From: a bacterium
GTDB lineage: Bacteria; Zhuqueibacterota; Zhuqueibacteria; Residuimicrobiales; Krinioviventaceae
Direction of reading: 5' to 3'
DNA length: 64,000 bases
Assembly: GCA_963693055.1 (NCBI GenBank)
Contig: OY843751.1
Coordinates: 416,001 to 480,000, forward strand
Part shown: positions 29,678-38,920 of the stretch, piece by piece
Numbering within the stretch: position 1 is the first letter of the stretch
Layout of the letters: every line of letters begins with the position of its first letter
Made by a program: the position numbers and the translations under genes
The notes under the pieces: generated by a model
Seen by the model: the letters and a program-made list of their open reading frames with translations, nothing else
Database searches by the model: none
Told to the model about the DNA's origin: nothing

Positions 29678-29875
29678 AAAGATAGATTTTTGTATGTTAT
29701 ATTTGGTGGGCGGAATTAATCAATATTATCGGGGATCATATCTTTATTATCATTTTTGATGTTATTTTGGATTTTTTGCTGGAAGTTATATCTGTGTTTT
29801 TATTTTAATATTAAAAGGAGGTGATAACTGCTTTATTGTAGTAGGAGTGTTTTAGTATGATTTATTAATTACTTT

Positions 29876-31087
29876 GAAACCTCTGAAATATTATTAGAAT
29901 CAAAGGTAATAATTTACTAATTTGCTGTATGATAAAAAAAACTGGAGTTTTACATGGGTCGCAATAGAATACACAATGAAGACTTGTTTACCACAGCAGC
30001 AAATGAAAATTTCAAAAAGCATATAAAAACCCAAAGCAAACAAGCTCTGAAAATTATCAAAGAAAAAATTGATTGGCAAAATTTACTTGAACCCATTGAA
30101 GAACGTATTGAACAATCAAAAACCAGAAAATCAAATGCAGGCAAGCCGTCATTTGATTTGTTAGTTATTGTTCGTTGTTTTTTATTACAACGTATCTATG
30201 GTTTATCCGATCCTCGCCTGGAAGAAGAGATTGCGGATCGACGTAGTTTTCAATTGTTTCTGGAACTGACCAGTGCGGATGCAATCCCTGACGAGACCAC
30301 TATCTGTCGCTATCGTGAACAATTTTCTCGCCTTGGTCTTGATAAAATACTGTTCCGGCAATTCAACAAACAGCTTGAAAAAATGGGTCTGATCGTTGGC
30401 AAAGGAACACTTGTTGATGCAACTATAAAACAAGCACAAGCGAAACCAGGAAGCAAGCGTGATCGTGATGCAGATTTCACAAAGAAACGTGGCAAAACGC
30501 ATTATGGCTACAAAGGCCATATTGGTACAGATTTGGACAGTGATATTATTCATTCTGTAGAGTTTACCAGCGCAAGTATTCACGACACAAATCTTTTTCC
30601 GGATCTGATAACAGAAAAAGAAAATGCGGTGTTCGCAGATAAAGGTTACACGAACAAAGCCCGCAAGTGCAACCTGCGAGGCAAAGGAGTCTATTGCGGC
30701 ATTCTTGATAAAGGATATAGAAACCGAAATTTGACATCAAAGCAGGTAAAAAGAAATAAGCAATTATCTAAAGTTCGGAATGCAGTTGAAAGACCGTTTG
30801 CCTTTATGAAGCAAGTATTAGATTATGATCGGTGCAGTTATTATGATATGGGCCGAAATCGTTTTGAATTTGTGATTGCAGCATGGGTTTATAATATCAG
30901 GCGTATGGTTACATTAACCACTTGAGCCATTTCGTAGGTATATAACCTATGTATTAGAGTAATGATAGTAAATTTTGTCAAAGAACAATTTTAAATGTTA
31001 TAGATTTTATAAATATTTCATTCTCTTTGGAAAATTGAACTCAATTTATTAGTTCAATATGAAAAAATCCAATATTTCAGATGTTTC
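29876..31087 (+). mobile_element. Complete IS5-family insertion sequence (1212 bp) with 17-bp terminal IRs and 6-bp target duplication TACTTT
   Basis: IRL gaaacctctgaaatatt (29876-29892); IRR reverse complement gaaacatctgaaatatt (31071-31087), 16/17 match. tacttt occurs at 29870-29875 and 31088-31093. Confidence 0.93.
29954..30925 (+). CDS. IS5-family DDE transposase
   Basis: LSDPRLEEEIADRRSF...IPDETTICRYR (InsH N-terminal type), VDAT, YGYKGH, ADKGY, R.AVERPF...K; ORF intact. Confidence 0.95.
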   Translation: MGRNRIHNEDLFTTAANENFKKHIKTQSKQALKIIKEKIDWQNLLEPIEERIEQSKTRKSNAGKPSFDLLVIVRCFLLQRIYGLSDPRLEEEIADRRSFQLFLELTSADAIPDETTICRYREQFSRLGLDKILFRQFNKQLEKMGLIVGKGTLVDATIKQAQAKPGSKRDRDADFTKKRGKTHYGYKGHIGTDLDSDIIHSVEFTSASIHDTNLFPDLITEKENAVFADKGYTNKARKCNLRGKGVYCGILDKGYRNRNLTSKQVKRNKQLSKVRNAVERPFAFMKQVLDYDRCSYYDMGRNRFEFVIAAWVYNIRRMVTLTT

Positions 31088-31115
31088 TACTTTATAACTT
31101 ATTTAGGAGGGACTT

Positions 31116-33824
31116 ATGAATTGGTCAAAAATATCTTTTATTACATTGATTTTATTATTTTGTGTAAATCTCGTTTTTGCTGAGTGGGTGCAATCTGAAT
31201 TTGTATTAAGCGGGATTGGACTCGGTGTTAATACACAACCGGATATGGCTTATTATAATGACCAAGATGATGCAGGTTTTAACTGTTTGATAAATTGGGA
31301 TAAAGCTACTCTTACACAAGCTAATAATTTTATAAATGATGTTGCTTCAAGTGATTTAACTAATAGTATTGTTGTATATCATTGGCAAAGTACGGAATAT
31401 GGTGCTACTGATCGAATTACCCATAATTCAATTGTTTCTGGAAATGCGATTGTACAAGGGCAAGTTGCATCTCAACTAGACAATTTGTATGATTCTTCAA
31501 TTCTTGGCTGGTTAGTCTGGGATGAACCTCTTGACAATGATGATTTCAATGATATAGAAGTAATGACTTCTTTAATTCAAAATCATTCAACTAGTGGAAT
31601 TACAAATACTTTACCATATACAAGTTTATTTCCTATTTATTCTACTCAAGTGGAAAGTAATTATACTGGTAGTACATATGTTGATAAATATAAAAAGTAC
31701 ATTGATAATTATCTATCTCGAATAAATGAGAATATAGTATTAAGTTCAGATATTTATCCTATAAAGACTATTGGTGGTTCACATGTTTTTCGGGATGATT
31801 ATTATCTTAATCTTGAAATTTTAAGAGATAAGGCTAACCAATATAGTACAAGTAATTACCAAATACCTGTATGGGTTATTATTCAACTCTCTAATCAGGT
31901 GCCAGCTGGTTATCCAGTGCCTGCTGCTACGGTAAAGGAAGTGAGTTTACAAATGTATTCTTCGTTGGCTTATGGTGCTAAAGGAATACTATATTATACT
32001 TCGCTGGATTGTATGTATCATCAGGATGGTATTTATTTGAATAGTACATCGACAGATGTAAATAGTATGCGTAATGGTAGCAGGTGGACTGCTGTTGCAG
32101 CAATTAATAATGAAGTTAAATGTTTAGGTGATACTTTAATGCAATTAATACCTCTGGCCACATATCATAATGATAGCCAACCTGACGATCAAGCTGAATT
32201 AACATTGTTTGGTGAAACGAATCAGGCATTTAATATTGTAAAAGATATTGATGGTGGTAGTGCAATGATGGGATATTTTAGACACAAGGATACAGGTAAA
32301 CATTATGCTATGATAGTTAACAAAAGTTTGACTAGTACTACAACTTTTAATGTTTATTATAATAAAGCCTTACGATATGGAACTAATACGCCAAGAGTAT
32401 ATAAAATCAACAAGACTAATCCCGGTAGTTACACTGAAATAAATAGTAATAGTTTTCATTCGGATGGAAATAGATATTATTTCACAATAAGCATTGAAGC
32501 TGCAAAAGGTGAATTGTTGAGAATTGAACCTGCTGCAGGTAGTAATAATGTTATTGAATTTATTAATAATATCAATGATATTGAAAATGATGTTAATGTT
32601 AGTGTTTCTGATGATAGGTTATATATTGCTCATGATAATGGTGTGTTTTTAAAATATGAAAAAGGAACGGGTGGATATTTTTTCAAGTATTTTGACAATT
32701 GGGGTGAAACTAAACCCGTTGTCGATATAGAGCTTGATGAAATAGATTCATCAAATAAGCGAGTATATATCTGTCATGATAATGGAACAACAGGCAATAT
32801 GGTGACTATGGATTGGGATTTAAAGGATTGTTTGAATGTTTTTAATGATGGAGGTGCTAACACGCGTGTGACCAGTGTAGCATTTTCGAATTATACATAT
32901 ACTGATAATAGCACACCTCCCAGAACAACAGTGCCATCTATATATATTGGACAAAGATCAGCTTCAAGTGGTAATGTAGTGGTGATTAATAGAAGTAGTT
33001 TTTCTTATATTGATACCTGGGCATCGGGTTATAAAGTGAATGATGTTGAGTACCAGGGAAACGGGCATAAAAGTATCGCAATCGCTCATGATGCCGGAAT
33101 AATACGAGTAAGTACTGGTAGTTATTGGTTTGCGTTAGGAGATCCTTCAGCAACAGAGTATTCTACATCAGTACCGGTAAAGGAAATAGAAGCAGATGTT
33201 GATGCAGTTTATGCCGTTTTAAATGATGGCACTTTGGCTATTCGTAGTCCTGGTTTAGGTACTGCAATCTTGACAACATGCTTTAATGAAACTTGTGATA
33301 TCTCTTTGGTTGATGAAACCAGATTTACGATTAGTACTAATTCAAGCTCAGGTAATGCACAATATAAATCATATGATACCAATAATTATAGCACCTATGA
33401 TCAAAACGAGTATGCAAATGCTGTAGCAAGAACCGCTTTGGATACTGGTAATAAATTATATGCTGCGACGACTGAGGCATTATATGTAGAAACAATTAAT
33501 CTAACAAAACCTATCAATGATAATCAATATAATGTTAAGACAGTTTATAGTTTTAAATTAAACGAAAACTATCCCAACCCCTTTAATCCTACGACTAATA
33601 TTGCTTTTGAAATACCGGAAACCGGCAATGTTGAACTAAAAGTCTATAATATACAGGGACGAGAAATTGCTTCCTTAGTAAATGGAGACCTTGAAGCAGG
33701 TGAACATAATGCTATATGGAATGCAACAGATAATTATGGCAAAACGGTTGCTTCCGGTGTATATTTTTACAAGCTGAAATGTAAAGATCATGTTGCAATA
33801 AAAAAAATGGTTCTAGTTAAATAG
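31116..33824 (+). CDS. Secreted protein with a putative glycoside-hydrolase-like N-terminal barrel, a beta-rich middle region and a T9SS/FlgD-Ig C-terminal domain
   Basis: SD aggaggg; signal peptide; GWLVWDEP, LSSDIYP and SLAYGAKGILYY; C-terminal ENYPNPFNP...ASGVYFYKL...KKMVLVK; visibly AT-rich. Confidence 0.7.
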   Translation: MNWSKISFITLILLFCVNLVFAEWVQSEFVLSGIGLGVNTQPDMAYYNDQDDAGFNCLINWDKATLTQANNFINDVASSDLTNSIVVYHWQSTEYGATDRITHNSIVSGNAIVQGQVASQLDNLYDSSILGWLVWDEPLDNDDFNDIEVMTSLIQNHSTSGITNTLPYTSLFPIYSTQVESNYTGSTYVDKYKKYIDNYLSRINENIVLSSDIYPIKTIGGSHVFRDDYYLNLEILRDKANQYSTSNYQIPVWVIIQLSNQVPAGYPVPAATVKEVSLQMYSSLAYGAKGILYYTSLDCMYHQDGIYLNSTSTDVNSMRNGSRWTAVAAINNEVKCLGDTLMQLIPLATYHNDSQPDDQAELTLFGETNQAFNIVKDIDGGSAMMGYFRHKDTGKHYAMIVNKSLTSTTTFNVYYNKALRYGTNTPRVYKINKTNPGSYTEINSNSFHSDGNRYYFTISIEAAKGELLRIEPAAGSNNVIEFINNINDIENDVNVSVSDDRLYIAHDNGVFLKYEKGTGGYFFKYFDNWGETKPVVDIELDEIDSSNKRVYICHDNGTTGNMVTMDWDLKDCLNVFNDGGANTRVTSVAFSNYTYTDNSTPPRTTVPSIYIGQRSASSGNVVVINRSSFSYIDTWASGYKVNDVEYQGNGHKSIAIAHDAGIIRVSTGSYWFALGDPSATEYSTSVPVKEIEADVDAVYAVLNDGTLAIRSPGLGTAILTTCFNETCDISLVDETRFTISTNSSSGNAQYKSYDTNNYSTYDQNEYANAVARTALDTGNKLYAATTEALYVETINLTKPINDNQYNVKTVYSFKLNENYPNPFNPTTNIAFEIPETGNVELKVYNIQGREIASLVNGDLEAGEHNAIWNATDNYGKTVASGVYFYKLKCKDHVAIKKMVLVK

Positions 33825-33834
33825 GTAAATACAT

Positions 33835-33862
33835 AAAGCCCGGTGATATCACTGGGCTTTTA
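33835..33862. terminator. Intrinsic terminator between convergent genes
   Basis: aaagcccggtg-atat-cactgggctttt. Confidence 0.8.
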
Positions 33863-33947
33863 TATTCATCTAGAATGAGAATAATAGAATTAACCGATTT
33901 ATCGAATTTAAAAGTTTCAGAGTAACATGATGTATCTCTGTTTTGCA

Positions 33948-34850
33948 TCATTCCTGATTCTCTAATAACGCTCGGATTTCATCAAATTTGATTTTTGTCT
34001 CTTCGCTTACCTGCGGATATCGGATGCCCATGTTTTTGAGTGTATTGACAATAATCTCTGCAACGGTTACGCGCATAAAGGGTTTGTCATCAGCAGGGAT
34101 AGCATACCACGGTGCCCAGGGACGCGATGTTTCGTTCAGTGCATCCTGATAGGACTGCATATAATCCTGCCAGTATCCCCGTTCTTTAACATCTCCTGTT
34201 GAGAATTTCCAGTTTTTATCCGGTTCATTGAGTCGGTCAAGAAACCGCTGCCTTTGTTCCTCCTGAGAAACATTGAGCCAGAATTTTAGTATGACGGTTC
34301 CGTTTTCAGCCAAATGTTTTTCATGGCTCCGAATGGATTCGAACCGTTTTGGCCAGAGCTTGTCCGTGTCAATGGGGTAAGGGAGTTTCTGACCTTTCAG
34401 GTATTCGGGATGTACCCGTACCACCAATACCTCTTCATAATAACTGCGATTAAAGATCCCGATTCGCCCACGTTCCGGCAGACGTTTGGAGGTGCGCCAC
34501 AAGAAATCATGGTCCAGTTCTTCTTTTGATGGCTGCTTGAATGAAAACACCTGGCACCCGGCGGGATTCACGCCGCTCATAACTGTACGGATTGTGCTGT
34601 CTTTACCGGCGGCGTCCATTGCCTGAAAGACCAACAAAAGCGCAAATTGGTCGTGCGCGTACAGGGTGCGCTGTAACTCGTAAAGTTCTTTGACAAGGGT
34701 TTTCAATCGTTTTTTGTTGGCTTTTTTATTGTGATGCTCTTTTGTGGGATAGGTTGGTGCCTGTTCTATTGTAAATGTGTTATCAAAAGGGACAAGAAAC
34801 GGGTGTTCTGTTATATGAAACATGTGAGTATCCGTGTTTTTGTTAAACAA
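33948..34850 (-). CDS. ppk2: Polyphosphate kinase 2 family polyphosphate:nucleotide phosphotransferase (class III-like)
   Basis: QAMDAAGKD, SFKQPS, HDFLWR, FNRSYYEEVLVVRVH, WKFS, APWYAIPADDK. Confidence 0.93.
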   Translation of the reverse strand: MFNKNTDTHMFHITEHPFLVPFDNTFTIEQAPTYPTKEHHNKKANKKRLKTLVKELYELQRTLYAHDQFALLLVFQAMDAAGKDSTIRTVMSGVNPAGCQVFSFKQPSKEELDHDFLWRTSKRLPERGRIGIFNRSYYEEVLVVRVHPEYLKGQKLPYPIDTDKLWPKRFESIRSHEKHLAENGTVILKFWLNVSQEEQRQRFLDRLNEPDKNWKFSTGDVKERGYWQDYMQSYQDALNETSRPWAPWYAIPADDKPFMRVTVAEIIVNTLKNMGIRYPQVSEETKIKFDEIRALLENQE

Positions 34851-34920
34851 TTATGGGTTTTTATGAATTAAATGTATTTCGATAAAAAAGCAAAGGATTT
34901 ATTTAACCTTGATTCAAGTA

Positions 34921-35219
34921 AACCCTGATTTAAGGATTATTGGATTACCCTGATGTATAGTGCCCGACTAGAGACCTGCTCGTGTCCAAACTTTTGTTTG
35001 GATATACGGAAAAGTGATGAAACTAAAAATGATCGTGACAGAGATTATCTCTGTTATGATTAGTATTGAAAACCATGATTGGAGGATTAAAGGATTACCC
35101 AGATGTACGGTGTCTGATTATTACCCTACACGCTCTTCAAAAGGAGTTGGAACACGGTAAATAAATGGAATTAAAAAACGATCGTGGCAGAGATTATCTC
35201 TGCCGCGATCAGGATTGGA
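34921..35219. repeat. Two diverged ~150-bp tandem units, each ending in a long hairpin; the second probably also terminates the DUF1593 gene
   Basis: aacc(c/a)tgatt..aggatta..ggattacc..gatgta at 34921 and 35071; hairpins gatcgt(ga/gg)cagaga-tta-tctctg at 35031 and 35180. Confidence 0.75.
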
Positions 35220-35247
35220 ATTTTATCCGGTACGATGTTGTATAAAT

Positions 35248-36603
35248 TTATTTCACCGTCACGACTATACGCTGGTAGCGAGTGAGTTCGGGAGTACCAT
35301 TGTCTGTTACTTCACAGATAATGTGGATGGTTTGTCCGGTTTTCGCGTCGCCAGGTACAGATATTTCTGTGCTCCACGCATCGGCGTGGGGTATGCTCAT
35401 CTCTCCCGGGTATGTACCGGGATCCCGATACTGCCACCAGTTGCAAGTCAATTCGTCATTGTCCGGATCGGTTGCGGATGCGCTCAACTTGAGGGCATCT
35501 CCCGGAGCGGCGGGCAAATCCGCATTGTGTTCCAATTTAACAACCGGGGGATGGTTGGCCTCGGCATAGCTTTTTACACACCAGTCCGCGCGCGCGGCCC
35601 AGTCGTTTTGATACGCTTTAGACCAACGCCAGATGGGTTTGTAGAGATCACCATCGTCTTTGGCGCCCTGCCATACATCATGTGTGCCTGGTTCCTTTTC
35701 AAATCGGCCGCCCCAGCCGCCATATGTAGGATCTTCCATGCTGCGCAGTCCTGTTTCAATACTGTACATGAATGATGGTGAATCACCCTCGGAGCGGAAA
35801 ACATCCATGCCCAGGTTGTGCTTGTTCCAGGTGCCGTCATAGGCCTCGTATCGGGCGCACAAGGGGCCATTACCATCGAGGATATTGGTTTTTATCCATT
35901 CTTCGCGGTAATAATATTGTATGTCCTCCGGGAATTTTTGATACCAACGATAAGCCAATGCTTCATATTGTTTAAAACTGCCCAAAACTTTGAGGTGGGG
36001 CCAGTTAGGTTGAATATAGTCACGGAAGGTGCGGTCCTGATCTAATATTATATAAAGGATTGCCTTTTTAGATACCTTTTCCATTTGATCGGGGTGCTCG
36101 TGTTGTATTTTCCACAGGGCGCGGGCAATAGTGTTGGTGCCACCCCAGGCCTGCAGATAGACCGGTCTTGGATCATCATCCAGCAATACTTTGACAATGT
36201 GGTCAGAGCCGGGGGTGTCATGTTCCATGGCGCCTACCGAGTCGATATTGCCAATATAGATTTTGCTTCTCAGGTGTTTAGGCGTTGGAAAATCAGGCGA
36301 GTTTTGTTTCAGGCTTTCATAACATTGTGCGTACAGGTCGATATAGTGATACAGCCAGGTTTCTCCGGCCCATCTGTATCCTTTCCAATGGAATTTAGAG
36401 CTGGAATAGATGATGCCTTCAATATCCCACTGGTCCGCATATAACAGAAATCGCACCATGGAACAGCGGTCATCCACTTCACCGTCGGTGGTTGCTATAA
36501 CTCGGGGTCTTGCTGTATTGTTTGACTTGGATTCTTTTGTCATATTACAAAAATACAAGGGGAGTGATAATAATATTATAATCATGAACAATGCTTTTTT
36601 CAT
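35248..36603 (-). CDS. DUF1593 (nucleoside-hydrolase-like) secreted protein with C-terminal Ig-like domain
   Basis: RPRVIATTDGEVDDRCSMVRFLLY, WGGTNT, SEGDSPSF, GGWGGRF, DWAARADW, NHPP, D.G.P.LTRYQR. Confidence 0.9.
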   Translation of the reverse strand: MKKALFMIIILLSLPLYFCNMTKESKSNNTARPRVIATTDGEVDDRCSMVRFLLYADQWDIEGIIYSSSKFHWKGYRWAGETWLYHYIDLYAQCYESLKQNSPDFPTPKHLRSKIYIGNIDSVGAMEHDTPGSDHIVKVLLDDDPRPVYLQAWGGTNTIARALWKIQHEHPDQMEKVSKKAILYIILDQDRTFRDYIQPNWPHLKVLGSFKQYEALAYRWYQKFPEDIQYYYREEWIKTNILDGNGPLCARYEAYDGTWNKHNLGMDVFRSEGDSPSFMYSIETGLRSMEDPTYGGWGGRFEKEPGTHDVWQGAKDDGDLYKPIWRWSKAYQNDWAARADWCVKSYAEANHPPVVKLEHNADLPAAPGDALKLSASATDPDNDELTCNWWQYRDPGTYPGEMSIPHADAWSTEISVPGDAKTGQTIHIICEVTDNGTPELTRYQRIVVTVK

Positions 36604-36747
36604 TTTTGCCTCAACGACTATTAAAACCAGACTTGGATTTTTTTAAGAATACTGTGATCAAGTATATCAATATTCGTTGGGAATTGCAATATTTTTCTGG
36701 CATCTTTTAACTTAAACGTTTACATTGGATCGAGGAGGAAAAGCGAT

Positions 36748-38910
36748 ATGAAAAGATTGTATATGGTTCTATTGTTTGTTCTGTCTTGTGTAATTAATTT
36801 ACCAGCACAGGAAAATTTGAATGTACTACAAGGTCATGAAGAGGAATTGGGGATCTCGGAATACATGATCTATGATTTTTTCATTCGTCAGGCGGATGAT
36901 TACCGTGAAGCATCCCTGCAAAAAAAATCCACATATCGCACCCCTGAACAATGGCGTGAATATCAAAACTATGTGCGGGAAAATTTTACAAAGGCCATTG
37001 GCGAGTTTCCTGAAAAAACACCGCTGAATGTTAAAAATGTGGGTACCCTTGAACGGAATGGCTATCGCATCGAAAAGATCATTTTTGAAAGCCGACCACA
37101 ATTTTATGTCACTACAAATGTATATGTACCCACCATGCTTGCTGGCATCTTGCCTGCGATTGTGTCGGTTGATGGTCACGGCGCAGCCGGTAAAGTCGGT
37201 GGCGGTCAGGAGAAATTTGTCAATCTGGTAAAAAAGGGATTTATTGTACTGGCTTATGATCCGGTAGGGCAGGGAGAGCGAAGTGAATATGTGGATCCTG
37301 AAACCGGCCAAGATCTCTATCGTCGGGGAACACAGCAGCATTGCCAGGCGGGAAATGTGTGTTTTTTAACCGGTACCAATCTGGCCCAATACCGGGCATG
37401 GGATGGTATCCGGGCTATTGATTATTTGCTAACCCGGTCGGATGTTGACCCGGAACGTATTGGGATTACCGGATGTTCCGGCGGCGGCACTATTACCACA
37501 TTTATAACCACGCTGGATGACAGATTAAAAGCATCGGTCCCTGCATGTTATATTACCCGATTACGTGACCGCATGTGCCGCGATGGTGAGATCAGCCATG
37601 ACGCGGAACAGAGTCCCGCAGGTATTCTCAAACAAGGGATCGACATTGCGGATTTGTTGATGCCCATGGCACCGAGGCCCATGATGATCTGCGCAACCCA
37701 ACAAGATTTTTTCCCTTTCAGGGGCGCGCTTGCAAACTATAATGAATTACAGCTCATGTATGCGGATTTTAACAGTATTGAGAAATTTACCCTGGCCCAG
37801 GCAGATGCCGGGCATGGTTATGCTCCGCATGGACTGCGTGCATTGTACGCGTTTATGGGCCGCTGGCTGGACGGCAATGATACAGACTGGCGTGAGGTTA
37901 AGGTTGACCGGGAACCGGATTCGCTGCTCTATTGTACTCAAACCGGTGCAGTGGCAACCAGCCTGGGCGGAGAAACCGTATGGTCTATTAATCAGAAACT
38001 GGCGCAGGAAATCAAGTATTCTCCCGCAGTTCCGAAAAATAAATCCGGATTTGAAGCGTATCGTGACAACCTGATTCAGGATATTCAAAGTATTCTGGCA
38101 TTACCGGAAATTCCAACATCACCTGTTGTTAAGAGTTTTGGAGAGTTTACCGAAAAGGGTATAGATGTTGAAAAAGTAGCCGTGCAAATTGAAAGAGATA
38201 TTTGGGTACCGGGATTGTTTTACAAGAAACAGGGTATTACCCAGGGTGATGCGTTAATGATGGTGCACGAGTACGGCAAAACCCAACTGCATGATTGGGC
38301 AATGGAAAAAGCTGCAGGGGGCAAGATTGTTTTTACCATCGATCCCCGTGGTGTTGGCGAAACCATGGATACCTATTGGGAACGCGGTATAGATACCGGC
38401 TATTATGAATGGTCACGCGATGAAACCAGCTTTACCTACAGCTCGTTTCTGTTGGGACGACCAATGCTGGGACTGCGAGTTCTGGATGTGTTGACCGCTG
38501 CAAATTATCTAAATTCCCGCCCTGAAGTCAAGAACGATATTACCTTGTATGGAAAAGGTCATGCCGGTTTGGTTGCATTGTTTGCAGGTGCTTTGGATAA
38601 ACGGTTTACAAAGGTTGTTTGCGAGAATGCATTGATCTCGTATGACTCTATTATTAACGACAAACATTATGCTGTGCATTTGAATAATTTTTTGCCGGAT
38701 GTGATCAAACATTTTGATCTGCCGGATGTGGCGGCAATTACTGCTCCGCGTGAATTGTACCTGATAAATCCGGTTGATTCGCAATTAAAGGTAATAAGCA
38801 AAAAGGATGCGGAAAAATGTTGTAAAACAAGTGCATCCGTTTACAAGCTGACCGGTAATAAAAAGAATTTTAAAATTGATAATAATGAACAAATCCAAAA
38901 AATATTATAG
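36748..38910 (+). CDS. Acetylxylan-esterase-like alpha/beta hydrolase (two hydrolase-fold halves)
   Basis: Signal peptide; IEKIIFESRP, YDPVGQGER, nucleophile elbow GCSGGG; second degenerate half with IDPRGVGE. Confidence 0.8.
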   Translation: MKRLYMVLLFVLSCVINLPAQENLNVLQGHEEELGISEYMIYDFFIRQADDYREASLQKKSTYRTPEQWREYQNYVRENFTKAIGEFPEKTPLNVKNVGTLERNGYRIEKIIFESRPQFYVTTNVYVPTMLAGILPAIVSVDGHGAAGKVGGGQEKFVNLVKKGFIVLAYDPVGQGERSEYVDPETGQDLYRRGTQQHCQAGNVCFLTGTNLAQYRAWDGIRAIDYLLTRSDVDPERIGITGCSGGGTITTFITTLDDRLKASVPACYITRLRDRMCRDGEISHDAEQSPAGILKQGIDIADLLMPMAPRPMMICATQQDFFPFRGALANYNELQLMYADFNSIEKFTLAQADAGHGYAPHGLRALYAFMGRWLDGNDTDWREVKVDREPDSLLYCTQTGAVATSLGGETVWSINQKLAQEIKYSPAVPKNKSGFEAYRDNLIQDIQSILALPEIPTSPVVKSFGEFTEKGIDVEKVAVQIERDIWVPGLFYKKQGITQGDALMMVHEYGKTQLHDWAMEKAAGGKIVFTIDPRGVGETMDTYWERGIDTGYYEWSRDETSFTYSSFLLGRPMLGLRVLDVLTAANYLNSRPEVKNDITLYGKGHAGLVALFAGALDKRFTKVVCENALISYDSIINDKHYAVHLNNFLPDVIKHFDLPDVAAITAPRELYLINPVDSQLKVISKKDAEKCCKTSASVYKLTGNKKNFKIDNNEQIQKIL

Positions 38911-38920
38911 AGGTTGTACT

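Noticed and set aside
29813-29870. Perfect SD-like AAAGGAGGTGA upstream of the IS
   Set aside because: No canonical start codon lies at a usable spacing and the frames close quickly, so no small ORF can be supported.
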